DNA from: Candidatus Peribacteria bacterium
Lineage (GTDB): Bacteria > Patescibacteriota > Gracilibacteria > UBA1369 > LOWO2-01-FULL-3
NCBI GenBank assembly: GCA_943356465.1
Contig: CALREX010000003.1
Location: 46,450 to 110,449, forward strand
DNA: 64,000 bases
Reading direction: 5' to 3'
A program made the translations under genes and the position numbers. Positions 18,461 to 27,433 of this stretch are shown here, in pieces. Position 1 is the stretch's first letter. The number at the start of each line of letters is the position of its first letter. The notes beneath the pieces were generated by a model. The model was not told the DNA's origin. It was given only the letters and a program-made list of their open reading frames with translations, and made no database searches.

Positions 18461-20680
18461 CTAAATCAAAGGTTCTTCAAACACCGGAGCACCCTGAGGA
18501 CCAAGATTATCAAACTCACCGGCCTCATCCCACTTCGCCAACATTTTCTCTACATTCTCACGTTTTTCACAATACAAACTACGTGAATTTTCTATAATTT
18601 CTTTCGCATGAGAATCAGTTATTTTTGGAAGATTCAAAGTTTTTCCGGAGAAAGCTTCTCTGATTTCTCCATTTACAGACATTTTACAATAAAATTCACG
18701 AACACCGAGATTTATAATATCTCTTTCTTTGAAGATAGGATTATATTCAGCAGCAAGAGCGCCGGCATCATCAGCACCAACTCTGAAACTGATGATAGAA
18801 CCAACGTTACCAAAAACAGTTTTCTTAACAACATCAGATAATTGCCCCATATACTGATGGGCAAGAGTAAGGTTCAGCCTGTATTTTCTGGCTTCGGACA
18901 AAATTTCCGCAAAAGTATCTGTAGCGAAATTTTGGAACTCATCAACATACAAATAAAAATCCTTTCTATTTTCCTCTTTCATATCGGCACGACTCATCGC
19001 AGCCTGATACATTTTTGTAATAATCATCGCCCCCATAAGTCCGCTGTTTTCTTCACCAAGAAGACCTTTTGACACCTTCATAAGCAAAATCTTCTGCCCA
19101 TCCATCACCTCTCTGATATTAAATTTATTCACAGGCTGACCGACAATATTACGAATCATATTCGTCGCAACGAACTGTCCGACTTTATTCAAAAGCGGAG
19201 TAATAGCTTCAGCATCAAATTTTTCACTCCATCCGGCAAACTCTGAAACCCAGAAATTTTTAACAACATTATCTTTGATTCTAGAGACAATATTTTGTCT
19301 GTAATTTTTATCGGTAAGCATTTTCAAGATCGAAAGCACTGTCGTATTTGGACTATCCAAAAGGGCTAAAACGGTATACCTAAGCACATGTTCGAGCCTA
19401 TCGGTCCAGTTCGACCCAAAAAGTTTTTTGAAAATCTGGATAAAACCAATCGTCACCTGCATCTTATATGCCTCATCAACACTCTCCATCGGATTGAAAG
19501 CAATCGGGAAATTTGTATCGGCAGGGTCAAAATAAATCACATCCTTTATCCTGTTTTCAGGCACAAATTCCATCACATTATCAACAAGATCTCCATGCGG
19601 ATCAAGCACAGCAACACCCTTTCCATTTTCAATATCCTCTTTAATCAAAAGCTCAAGAAGCTTGGATTTTCCGGAACCGGATTTTCCAACGACATAAAGA
19701 TGTCTACGTCTATCATCACGTTTTATACCAAATTCATCGAAGTTATTGTGATAATTTGTTGTACCAAAAACACTGACTTCTCCACTTCCGGCTTTCGGTA
19801 AATCCTGTGGAGCTTCTGACTTTTTAGCAAGCACATGGACAATATGAGGAACAATATCGGCATTCGGCAGATGATAAATTGTCGCAAGTTCATCAGGCCC
19901 TACAATAAAATCATCAGCAAAACTTCTGGCTTTATATTCTTTCAAAAAAGCTTTTTCACTCAAAGGAATAGACTTGAAATATTGAATATCTGTCTCATTA
20001 AATTGAAAAAAACTGTTTACAATAGCATGCAGTTTTCTACTGGCTTCATCCTTAGTGGTACTCAAATAAGCCGCTCTCATAGTGATTTTAAATGGTTCCT
20101 CCTTTGATTTATGCACAGCTTGTTCAGCCCTTATATTTATGACACTATGTGCGTCTTTTACTCTCACACGATCTCTTATGCTAAAAAGTTTTTTGAAACC
20201 ATTCCATTTAAGAAGCCATCTGCGTTTTAGCAAATACCAAGCATTTTGTACAACAGGTTCGGTAACAACCTGAAACCAAACTTGCTCCTTTGTCGCAATC
20301 TTGGAAATAACTGAAAAAAGCCTGCTTAAACTATCTTCATCAAAATGTTTATAAGTTTTGATAGGATAAACATCTCCCATTTCAAAAGTGATTCTAGTTC
20401 CGGCAATAGCCATCTTTTCAGGATTGTAATTATCCACATAATCATTTACAGACTTGATTTCACAGTCCGGATAAGTCGAATAGAAGAAACCTTCCATAGT
20501 CTCATATAGATCATCTGCAACAGCACAGAAAAAGTAAGTATATTGCTCATATCCAAGCATTTCAAAAGATACACTGTGAGCATGTAAAGTTTTATGAAGA
20601 TTTATAAGAAATTCACAGAATATCGATTCCTTTTTTTTCTTGTCATCACCCTGTGGGACTACGACCTGAAAATATCTCAT
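18461..20680 (-). CDS. TraD/VirD4-like (type IV coupling protein family) P-loop NTPase, apparently soluble
   Basis: 739 aa. Walker A VVGKSGSGKSKLL then LDPHGDL; Walker B YLYVDEFQNFAT; TraG-D_C-like ARKYRLNLTLAHQYMGQL. I see no TM segments. Confidence 0.7.
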   Translation of the reverse strand: MRYFQVVVPQGDDKKKKESIFCEFLINLHKTLHAHSVSFEMLGYEQYTYFFCAVADDLYETMEGFFYSTYPDCEIKSVNDYVDNYNPEKMAIAGTRITFEMGDVYPIKTYKHFDEDSLSRLFSVISKIATKEQVWFQVVTEPVVQNAWYLLKRRWLLKWNGFKKLFSIRDRVRVKDAHSVINIRAEQAVHKSKEEPFKITMRAAYLSTTKDEASRKLHAIVNSFFQFNETDIQYFKSIPLSEKAFLKEYKARSFADDFIVGPDELATIYHLPNADIVPHIVHVLAKKSEAPQDLPKAGSGEVSVFGTTNYHNNFDEFGIKRDDRRRHLYVVGKSGSGKSKLLELLIKEDIENGKGVAVLDPHGDLVDNVMEFVPENRIKDVIYFDPADTNFPIAFNPMESVDEAYKMQVTIGFIQIFKKLFGSNWTDRLEHVLRYTVLALLDSPNTTVLSILKMLTDKNYRQNIVSRIKDNVVKNFWVSEFAGWSEKFDAEAITPLLNKVGQFVATNMIRNIVGQPVNKFNIREVMDGQKILLMKVSKGLLGEENSGLMGAMIITKMYQAAMSRADMKEENRKDFYLYVDEFQNFATDTFAEILSEARKYRLNLTLAHQYMGQLSDVVKKTVFGNVGSIISFRVGADDAGALAAEYNPIFKERDIINLGVREFYCKMSVNGEIREAFSGKTLNLPKITDSHAKEIIENSRSLYCEKRENVEKMLAKWDEAGEFDNLGPQGAPVFEEPLI

Positions 20681-20768
20681 GAAATACTATTAAACTAAGA
20701 GTAAATTATACCATTTTAAGGTAAAATCGTCAATCTAAGCCCGATAAAACCACCATTCAATATACAGT

Positions 20769-22469
20769 CTAATAAACTTCCTTCAAATAACATTTTTCAC
20801 AATAAACTTTTTCAATTTTGTCGGATGAATAGACAGACATGATTTTTCCGCCACAATTAGAGCAATTCCTATCAAAAAGCTTCTTTGGATTTTTAAATTT
20901 CATAAGGTCTTGCTGCCTGCAATCTGCACATTTTTTTGAAAGAGGAACTTTCATTTTCCTCGAAAGACTAAGCTCCAAAGAGACAATTTTATAATTTTTA
21001 TCACAATCGCTACATGAAAAAACTTGGCTAAGCACATCATCTTTCGTATCATCTATCCTATCCGGCAAAACATACGGAGACTTAGAAAACTCTTTCGGAT
21101 CAATATCTTTCCACTTCCATCCTTTACTTAAAACCTGCTCCTTCGTCATAGGGAAATAATCATGAGCAACAGTTTCATTGTATGCAAAAGGCGAAATTGA
21201 TATCGGAAAAAATTCTCCATATTCTATATTAGGCTCGATCTCGCTCGCGCCGTGCGCTCGCCCATCTTTAATCATTTGCTCAATAATTTTAGCTTTCAGA
21301 TCCTGATATTCCGCTTCAGAATATTGTTTATTTAAAATACAATTTTTCATTTTTGAATGAAGCCCATCACATCCAAAACATTCATTTACATAAAAACATC
21401 CAAAAAGATATTCACTTTCAGGGGATACACAGGTACAAAAACAAAATTTTGACATATAATTACTGTCCCCACCACAACTCATTTCGTAACAAAGCTGGAT
21501 ATTTTTATCATGCATATTTATGTCCATGGAATCTTTCACGTCTTCACATTCAACAATATATTTTGAATCCTGAACATTAAAACTATCGAAACACATTTCT
21601 GCATTTTTACAGTTTTGAATAAAATCACCGGAAGAATTTTCACAGTTTAATTGATTCTGATATTTTTTCGGAATAGTTTTATTAAACTCAATAAATTCAT
21701 TCATCAAATTTTCTGGATTTTCCTTAAGTTTCTCTTTCACCAAGTTTTCATATTCTTCTTTTGAATATTGCTTATTTTTCACACAATAATTTTTCTTATT
21801 AAGCCCGCTACACATAAAACAATTGCTGCATCCAATCAAGTCCGCGATATAAGAACAATCCGAACAATTCCTACAATTAAAAACAGATTTACAATTATAA
21901 CAATGGCTTGAGTTTGTGCTTCCCTCCGTAAGCTCACACTCATCCAAAAGCATAGAATTCAAACAATCTTTCAAATGCTGACTTTTGCGACAATAAACAC
22001 TGTCCTCAGAAAGATACGTTCCGGGACTCATGTAAACATTCTTACAGTAAGCAAGAAAACTGTTAAATTCAGAGTTCTCATTATTCAATTGATAGAGCCC
22101 CATCTTTGGTACGCTATTCATTAGCCCCTTAAACTGGTCAAAAAATGAACGCGAAAAATCATAATCTTTTCCAAAACTTAGTGGATCCCATTTGTCACTC
22201 CAAAAACAATCGACACAATAAACAGGAAATTTCACATCCTCAGGAAAAACAAAAATTCCACTTTTCCCGCAAAGATCACATTTTCTTTTATACAAATTTT
22301 TCTCATTACGAAAAGAAAGCCTTCGCATAAGCCTGCAATCAGGACAATGGGTCGGACTCGGTATCGGGTGTTTTTTCCCTTTAATTAGAGGAGAAACCTT
22401 ATCATAAAATTTCAAATCCTCATCAGTAATTTCAAATTCAATTCCACAATTTTTACAAGTTTTTTTCAT
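20769..22469 (-). CDS. cysteine-rich multi-zinc-ribbon protein, paralog A
   Basis: ORF 20769..22484 starts at a GTG; the ATG at 22469 gives MKKTCKNCGIEFEI. It has about 42 Cys by hand count, N- and C-terminal triple-CxxC modules, and two internal Cys-repeat blocks each ending in NKQYS.(E/A)EY. Confidence 0.85.
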   Translation of the reverse strand: MKKTCKNCGIEFEITDEDLKFYDKVSPLIKGKKHPIPSPTHCPDCRLMRRLSFRNEKNLYKRKCDLCGKSGIFVFPEDVKFPVYCVDCFWSDKWDPLSFGKDYDFSRSFFDQFKGLMNSVPKMGLYQLNNENSEFNSFLAYCKNVYMSPGTYLSEDSVYCRKSQHLKDCLNSMLLDECELTEGSTNSSHCYNCKSVFNCRNCSDCSYIADLIGCSNCFMCSGLNKKNYCVKNKQYSKEEYENLVKEKLKENPENLMNEFIEFNKTIPKKYQNQLNCENSSGDFIQNCKNAEMCFDSFNVQDSKYIVECEDVKDSMDINMHDKNIQLCYEMSCGGDSNYMSKFCFCTCVSPESEYLFGCFYVNECFGCDGLHSKMKNCILNKQYSEAEYQDLKAKIIEQMIKDGRAHGASEIEPNIEYGEFFPISISPFAYNETVAHDYFPMTKEQVLSKGWKWKDIDPKEFSKSPYVLPDRIDDTKDDVLSQVFSCSDCDKNYKIVSLELSLSRKMKVPLSKKCADCRQQDLMKFKNPKKLFDRNCSNCGGKIMSVYSSDKIEKVYCEKCYLKEVY

Positions 22470-22485
22470 AAAATTTATTAACACA

Positions 22486-24018
22486 TTAAGAAATGGCTAT
22501 CGATTTTCTAAATTTTACACGATTTTGAAAACGAGCCTCATGATGTTTCCGTGGCAATGGAACACCTATTTTTTTCAACAACAAAAACTCTTGTTTAATA
22601 ATTTTAAAAAGTTTAAATGTCTCTGGACACTCATAAACATTAGAAAGATTATTTTCTTCAAAATCATCAATAATATCAGGAATAAGATTTACAGATAATC
22701 CGTTAGTTTTTTTCAATTCTTCTACTTCTCCATATTTCCAACCTATCGCCAAAACCTGCTCTTTCGTCAAATCAGAATAATCCTTAAAAGCACTTTCTTG
22801 ATAAGTAAAAGGGGCTAGATTAAGGGGAAAAGGAGACCCCCATGATTCACCAAGTTCTTCAATAATATGACTTTTTATTTTTTCATATTCCTCTTTTGAA
22901 TACTGTTTATTAAACACACAATACTGTTTACGTCGCAGTGAAATACATCCAATACAATTTTTACATCCCTGCAAAAACTCACTGTATGAACATTCATTAC
23001 ATGTCCAGCAACCAATAACATTATGACAGTTGTAAGATTCAGTGGTGCTAACATTTCCAACAATTAGTTCAGAACCATCCACAATCGCGTGAGAATGATG
23101 CACATCTTTAAGCCTATTAACTCCGATTCTCAAATAAGAACAATCCTCAGCATTTTCAACATCAAAACAATGAAAACAATTTTTAGTATTAACTAAAAAA
23201 TTACCGGATGAGTTTTCCACATTTATCATCCTCTCGTATTTCGATTTTTCAACAATTTCTTTAATAAATTTAATTCTAAATTCATCAAAAACTTTATAAG
23301 ATTTAAGATTAATAAATTTCATTTTTTCCTCATATTCTTGACGTGAAAGTTGTTCATTAAAATAACAATATTTTTGATTTTTAAGCCCACTACAGAAAAA
23401 ACAATTTTGACATCCCCTCATGTCAAAACAGAAATTTAATTCCGAAGAATTATCACACAAAAAACACATTTTACAGTGATACAAATTTCTACAATCAGTA
23501 CATTCGTAACAAAGTTCACTATCACTCAAAAAAGCACAATCTATTGAGTCTTTAGATCCGAAAACACCATGCGTATACATACAGTCTTCATCTCTATCAC
23601 TCAAAATATGCATATAACAATTTTTATTTTTCTCAGCAGCACTCACATAATCACAATTCTCGTTATACGGGACAAAACCGTGTGCCCTTGGAGTTATCTT
23701 GGAAAGCTCTGCATATTGCTCAAAAAAAGGTTTATTAAAATCAAAATCCTTTTCCGGAACATTCCACTTATCGCTGACCCAATAATCATATTTATAAACC
23801 GGAAAGACTGAGTCAGCACCATAAATACTCAAAATATTTTCCCCAGTCGCATCACATTTTCGCATTTTCAAATTCCTCTCATTGCGAAAACAAAGCCTCA
23901 TAACTTCCCTGACCACAGGCGAAAACAAAGGATCCTTGAGCCCCATTTTTCGCAAAACATCTATTTCTCCATCTCTAACTTCAAACTCCTTTTTTGTAAT
24001 CAAACAAGTTTTTTTCAT
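22486..24018 (-). CDS. cysteine-rich protein, paralog B (terminal zinc ligands mostly lost)
   Basis: 510 aa, homologous to A, C and D throughout. The N-terminus is MKKTCLITKKEFEV and the C-terminus ...CPETFKLFKIIKQEF...RKHHEARFQNRVKFRKSIAIS. These lack most of the CxxC pairs. Confidence 0.85.
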   Translation of the reverse strand: MKKTCLITKKEFEVRDGEIDVLRKMGLKDPLFSPVVREVMRLCFRNERNLKMRKCDATGENILSIYGADSVFPVYKYDYWVSDKWNVPEKDFDFNKPFFEQYAELSKITPRAHGFVPYNENCDYVSAAEKNKNCYMHILSDRDEDCMYTHGVFGSKDSIDCAFLSDSELCYECTDCRNLYHCKMCFLCDNSSELNFCFDMRGCQNCFFCSGLKNQKYCYFNEQLSRQEYEEKMKFINLKSYKVFDEFRIKFIKEIVEKSKYERMINVENSSGNFLVNTKNCFHCFDVENAEDCSYLRIGVNRLKDVHHSHAIVDGSELIVGNVSTTESYNCHNVIGCWTCNECSYSEFLQGCKNCIGCISLRRKQYCVFNKQYSKEEYEKIKSHIIEELGESWGSPFPLNLAPFTYQESAFKDYSDLTKEQVLAIGWKYGEVEELKKTNGLSVNLIPDIIDDFEENNLSNVYECPETFKLFKIIKQEFLLLKKIGVPLPRKHHEARFQNRVKFRKSIAIS

Positions 24019-24092
24019 AATTCAAGTATCAACCAATGAATTATTTTTTTCAACACAAAACAAGCACAAAGCAAAACTCGAGACAGAATAAT

Positions 24093-24833
24093 CTACTTAT
24101 TTTTCCCATCCTTGAGGCTACATGCAGTCTTCAAAATTCCATTTTTCAAAGCCTCCAAAAAAGCACCGGCAATTCCAGCCGTCCAAGCACCCCAAAAAGC
24201 CCTTGCAAGAATTGGATATCGGGCAAAAGATGCCACATATTCTCGCACAGAATCGGGAGTATCAACTCCGTGACTCGAAAGAAAACCAAAAATATCAGAA
24301 GCAACCTTGTGATCTAAAAGAACACCAATTATTGCACCAGCAGTAGCAACTCTAATCATAGGAATATCTCGTTTTTTACTCTCGTCTTTTTTCTCGACAA
24401 AATCCTTATAAACATGCTCTTTATTATAATAAAGAATCATAAATCCATGCTGAATATTTTTTTCAATTTCAGCCCAACCATCATCGACATCAGCTTCAAT
24501 ATCAAGAGCCCCAAGACAAAGATAAATAGTTGAAAAATCTTGAGTGCTGATCAAAACAGATCTTCCATCAAAATTAATCCTTTTGAAATATCTATCCTGT
24601 CTCACAGCGTCATCAACAGGCAAACATATAGAAATAGAATTCATACCTCCAAAACAACTACAAATAATCTCCAAATCATCTTTCACCATTCCGCCGCCAA
24701 GCGATTCTCCGGATTTAAGCCCTCCAGCACCTCTAGGCTCAAAACCGGAATCTTGAAGCTTTTTATATACAATTTGTCTAAAAACCAGCTCATGAGTCAA
24801 TTCTATATGTGGCGCTTTAGAGACCTCAATCAT
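24093..24833 (-). CDS. hypothetical protein
   Basis: 246 aa with no recognisable motif. The C-terminal third is Gly/Ala-rich and amphipathic (ATAGAIIGVLL, AFWGAWTAGIAGAFLEAL). Confidence 0.6.
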   Translation of the reverse strand: MIEVSKAPHIELTHELVFRQIVYKKLQDSGFEPRGAGGLKSGESLGGGMVKDDLEIICSCFGGMNSISICLPVDDAVRQDRYFKRINFDGRSVLISTQDFSTIYLCLGALDIEADVDDGWAEIEKNIQHGFMILYYNKEHVYKDFVEKKDESKKRDIPMIRVATAGAIIGVLLDHKVASDIFGFLSSHGVDTPDSVREYVASFARYPILARAFWGAWTAGIAGAFLEALKNGILKTACSLKDGKNK

Positions 24834-25077
24834 AAATATTATAAAAAGTAGAGCCTACTTATATAACATTTAACAAAAAATGTCAATCAAGCACGAATTG
24901 ACCAAACAAAATCGCACCATCAACCGCCACCACTACTTCCGGACGGAGCTGAAACGGCAGAAGAAATACTGCTAGCCAAAGAAGTCATATTCACGAGCAC
25001 TTGCAGAAAATCCAAAAGCAAATTGTGCCAAAAGAGACAATAGAACGACACCAAGATTTTTTTTCATAAGTCCTTTC

Positions 25078-27183
25078 TTACTTATGCATAAGCAAGAAAA
25101 GCGGTGCAAGTACAAGTGTCAAAGTAGACAAAAGTTTTATCAAAACGTGTAGTGAAGGACCTGCTGTGTCCTTGAACGGATCACCAACAGTATCTCCAAC
25201 AACCGCAGCCTTATGCGCAAATGAACCTTTTCCACCGTGAGCGCCCATTTCAATATATTTCTTGGCATTGTCCCAAGCACCTCCTCCATTGTTTAGAGTA
25301 AGCGCCAAGATAACACCGGCAATAGTTCCAACCATAAGAGTCGCTCCAACAGACTCAACTCCAAGAGTAAATCCAACAATAGTAGGTACAATCACGGCTA
25401 TAAGACCAGGAAGCACCATTTCCTTAAGCGCACCTCTCGTGCAAATATCCACACTTCTAGCATAGTCAGGCTTATCAGTTCCTGCCATAATTCCAGGTTT
25501 TTCTTTAAATTGAGCACGAACATCATTGATAATATATCCAGCAGCACGACTCACAGCGCGAATTGCAAAGGAAGAGAAAACAAAAACAAGTCCTGCTCCA
25601 ATAAGTCCTCCGACAAAAACAACCGGCTTGGCAAGATCAACAGTCGTAAGCTTCGCAGCCTCCAAGAAAGCTGAGAAAAGCAAAAATGCCGCAAGAGCTG
25701 CAGAACCTACAGCGTAGCCCTTTGTAAGAGCTTTTGTTGTATTTCCAACAGCATCAAGACGATCTGTTCTTTTTCTGATTTCTTCAGGAGCTTTTGACAT
25801 TTCCACAATTCCACCGGCATTGTCTGTGATAGGTCCAAAATTGTCCATTGCAAGAATATAACCTGCAGTTGCAAGCATTCCCATAGTTGCAACAGCAGTC
25901 CCATAAATACCACCATGCATAATTCCGGTAGCATTACCAAGGAAGTAAGATCCGATCAATGCCGCAGAAATAACAAGAACAGGAAGCCCTGTGCTCTCAA
26001 GACCGACAGCAAAACCACTGATTATATTTGTAGCACCTCCTGTTTCTGAAGCCTTTGCGATTTCTTTCACAGGACGATATTTGTATTCAGTATAATATTG
26101 AGTAATATAAACAAAAGCAATGCTGGCAACGATACCGACAAGTCCAGCACCAAAAAACCACAACCATGCATTTGCCGACGAAGGATTTGCAGCAAGATAT
26201 TCAGCTGATGGCGTAAGGAAAGCATAGCTTAACACAGCAAATCCAATAACAGACAAAATTGTCGTAACAAAATACCCCTTATTCAAGCCTTTCATCGGAT
26301 CTTGAGATTCCTTGATTGAAACAGACATAACTCCGATAATAGAAGCTATAAGTCCACATGCACAAACTAAAAGAGGGAAAATAATTCCTTTGAATCCAAA
26401 AACAGGGAAAAGTGAAATTCCAATAATCATCGCTCCGATATTTTCAGCTGCAGTAGATTCAAAAAGATCAGCTCCACGACCCGCGCAATCTCCAACATTA
26501 TCACCAACTAGATCAGCAATAACAGCAGGGTTTCTAGGATCATCTTCAGGAATTCCAGCTTCAACTTTTCCAACCAAGTCAGCTCCGACATCAGCTGCTT
26601 TTGTATAGATTCCACCTCCAAGTTGTGCGAATAGGGCTACAAAAGAAGCTCCAAATCCAAAACCAACAAGTAAAAGAGGAATTTCTATAGGATTTGCAAC
26701 TCCACCATAAGTTACAAAAAGTCCACCAACTCCAAGAAGAGAAAGTGCAACTACAAGAATACCTGAGAAAGCCCCACCACGAATAGCCATTTGAAGAGCT
26801 TTATTTACACTGTGCTGAGCTGCAGCAGCAGTTCTAAGATTTGCTTTAACACTCATATACATGCCCAAAAATCCAGAAAGAGCAGAACAAGCAGCCCCAA
26901 GGACAAAAGCCAAAGCAGTGTGCCAACCATAGTTGAAATCACCACTTAAAGAATATGCGCCAAGAATCACAATAACCATAACAATCGACAGAGCACCAAT
27001 TGTTACATACTGTCTCTTCAAAAACGCCATCGCTCCCTGCCTAATAGCTTCGGCAATCTCCTGCATTTTTACAGTACCTGTCTCTTGTTTCAAAACATGG
27101 CGCGCAAGTAAAATCGCAATCACAAGAGAAACAAAACAAACTCCAAATATAGAAGCAAAAAGATATGTAGACATAGACATCAA
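25078..27183 (-). CDS. hppA: membrane-bound proton/sodium-translocating pyrophosphatase
   Basis: 701 aa, polytopic. GGIYTKAADVGADLVGK, DNVGDCAGRGADLFES, GGAWDNAKK, DTVGDPFKDTAGPS. Confidence 0.96.
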   Translation of the reverse strand: MMSMSTYLFASIFGVCFVSLVIAILLARHVLKQETGTVKMQEIAEAIRQGAMAFLKRQYVTIGALSIVMVIVILGAYSLSGDFNYGWHTALAFVLGAACSALSGFLGMYMSVKANLRTAAAAQHSVNKALQMAIRGGAFSGILVVALSLLGVGGLFVTYGGVANPIEIPLLLVGFGFGASFVALFAQLGGGIYTKAADVGADLVGKVEAGIPEDDPRNPAVIADLVGDNVGDCAGRGADLFESTAAENIGAMIIGISLFPVFGFKGIIFPLLVCACGLIASIIGVMSVSIKESQDPMKGLNKGYFVTTILSVIGFAVLSYAFLTPSAEYLAANPSSANAWLWFFGAGLVGIVASIAFVYITQYYTEYKYRPVKEIAKASETGGATNIISGFAVGLESTGLPVLVISAALIGSYFLGNATGIMHGGIYGTAVATMGMLATAGYILAMDNFGPITDNAGGIVEMSKAPEEIRKRTDRLDAVGNTTKALTKGYAVGSAALAAFLLFSAFLEAAKLTTVDLAKPVVFVGGLIGAGLVFVFSSFAIRAVSRAAGYIINDVRAQFKEKPGIMAGTDKPDYARSVDICTRGALKEMVLPGLIAVIVPTIVGFTLGVESVGATLMVGTIAGVILALTLNNGGGAWDNAKKYIEMGAHGGKGSFAHKAAVVGDTVGDPFKDTAGPSLHVLIKLLSTLTLVLAPLFLLMHK

Positions 27184-27269
27184 AAAAATATTAAAATATA
27201 TATAAAGTTCGCGGGGAATCTTATCAATTTACTAAGGCGAGTTCAAGTTGATTTTGAGCTTGAGGCCAA

Positions 27270-27415
27270 CGCCAAGAGGAGTATGTGCTAGAATTTTCAC
27301 TCAGACTAAACAGTTTGCTCGCCCTAACATGTACGGGCTCGCAAATTTTGAGTGTACATGTACACTCAAAAGGTTTAGTAATTCATAAAAATTCTAGCAC
27401 ATACTCCTCTTGGCG
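27270..27415. repeat. 146-bp element bounded by perfect 28-bp inverted repeats, enclosing a 26-bp perfect palindrome (MITE-like or structured leader)
   Basis: cgccaagaggagtatgtgctagaatttt (27270-27297) is the exact reverse complement of 27388-27415. The inner palindrome ttttgagtgtacatgtacactcaaaa lies at 27346-27371. Confidence 0.85.
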
Positions 27416-27433
27416 AACTTTCAAAGCAAAAAA

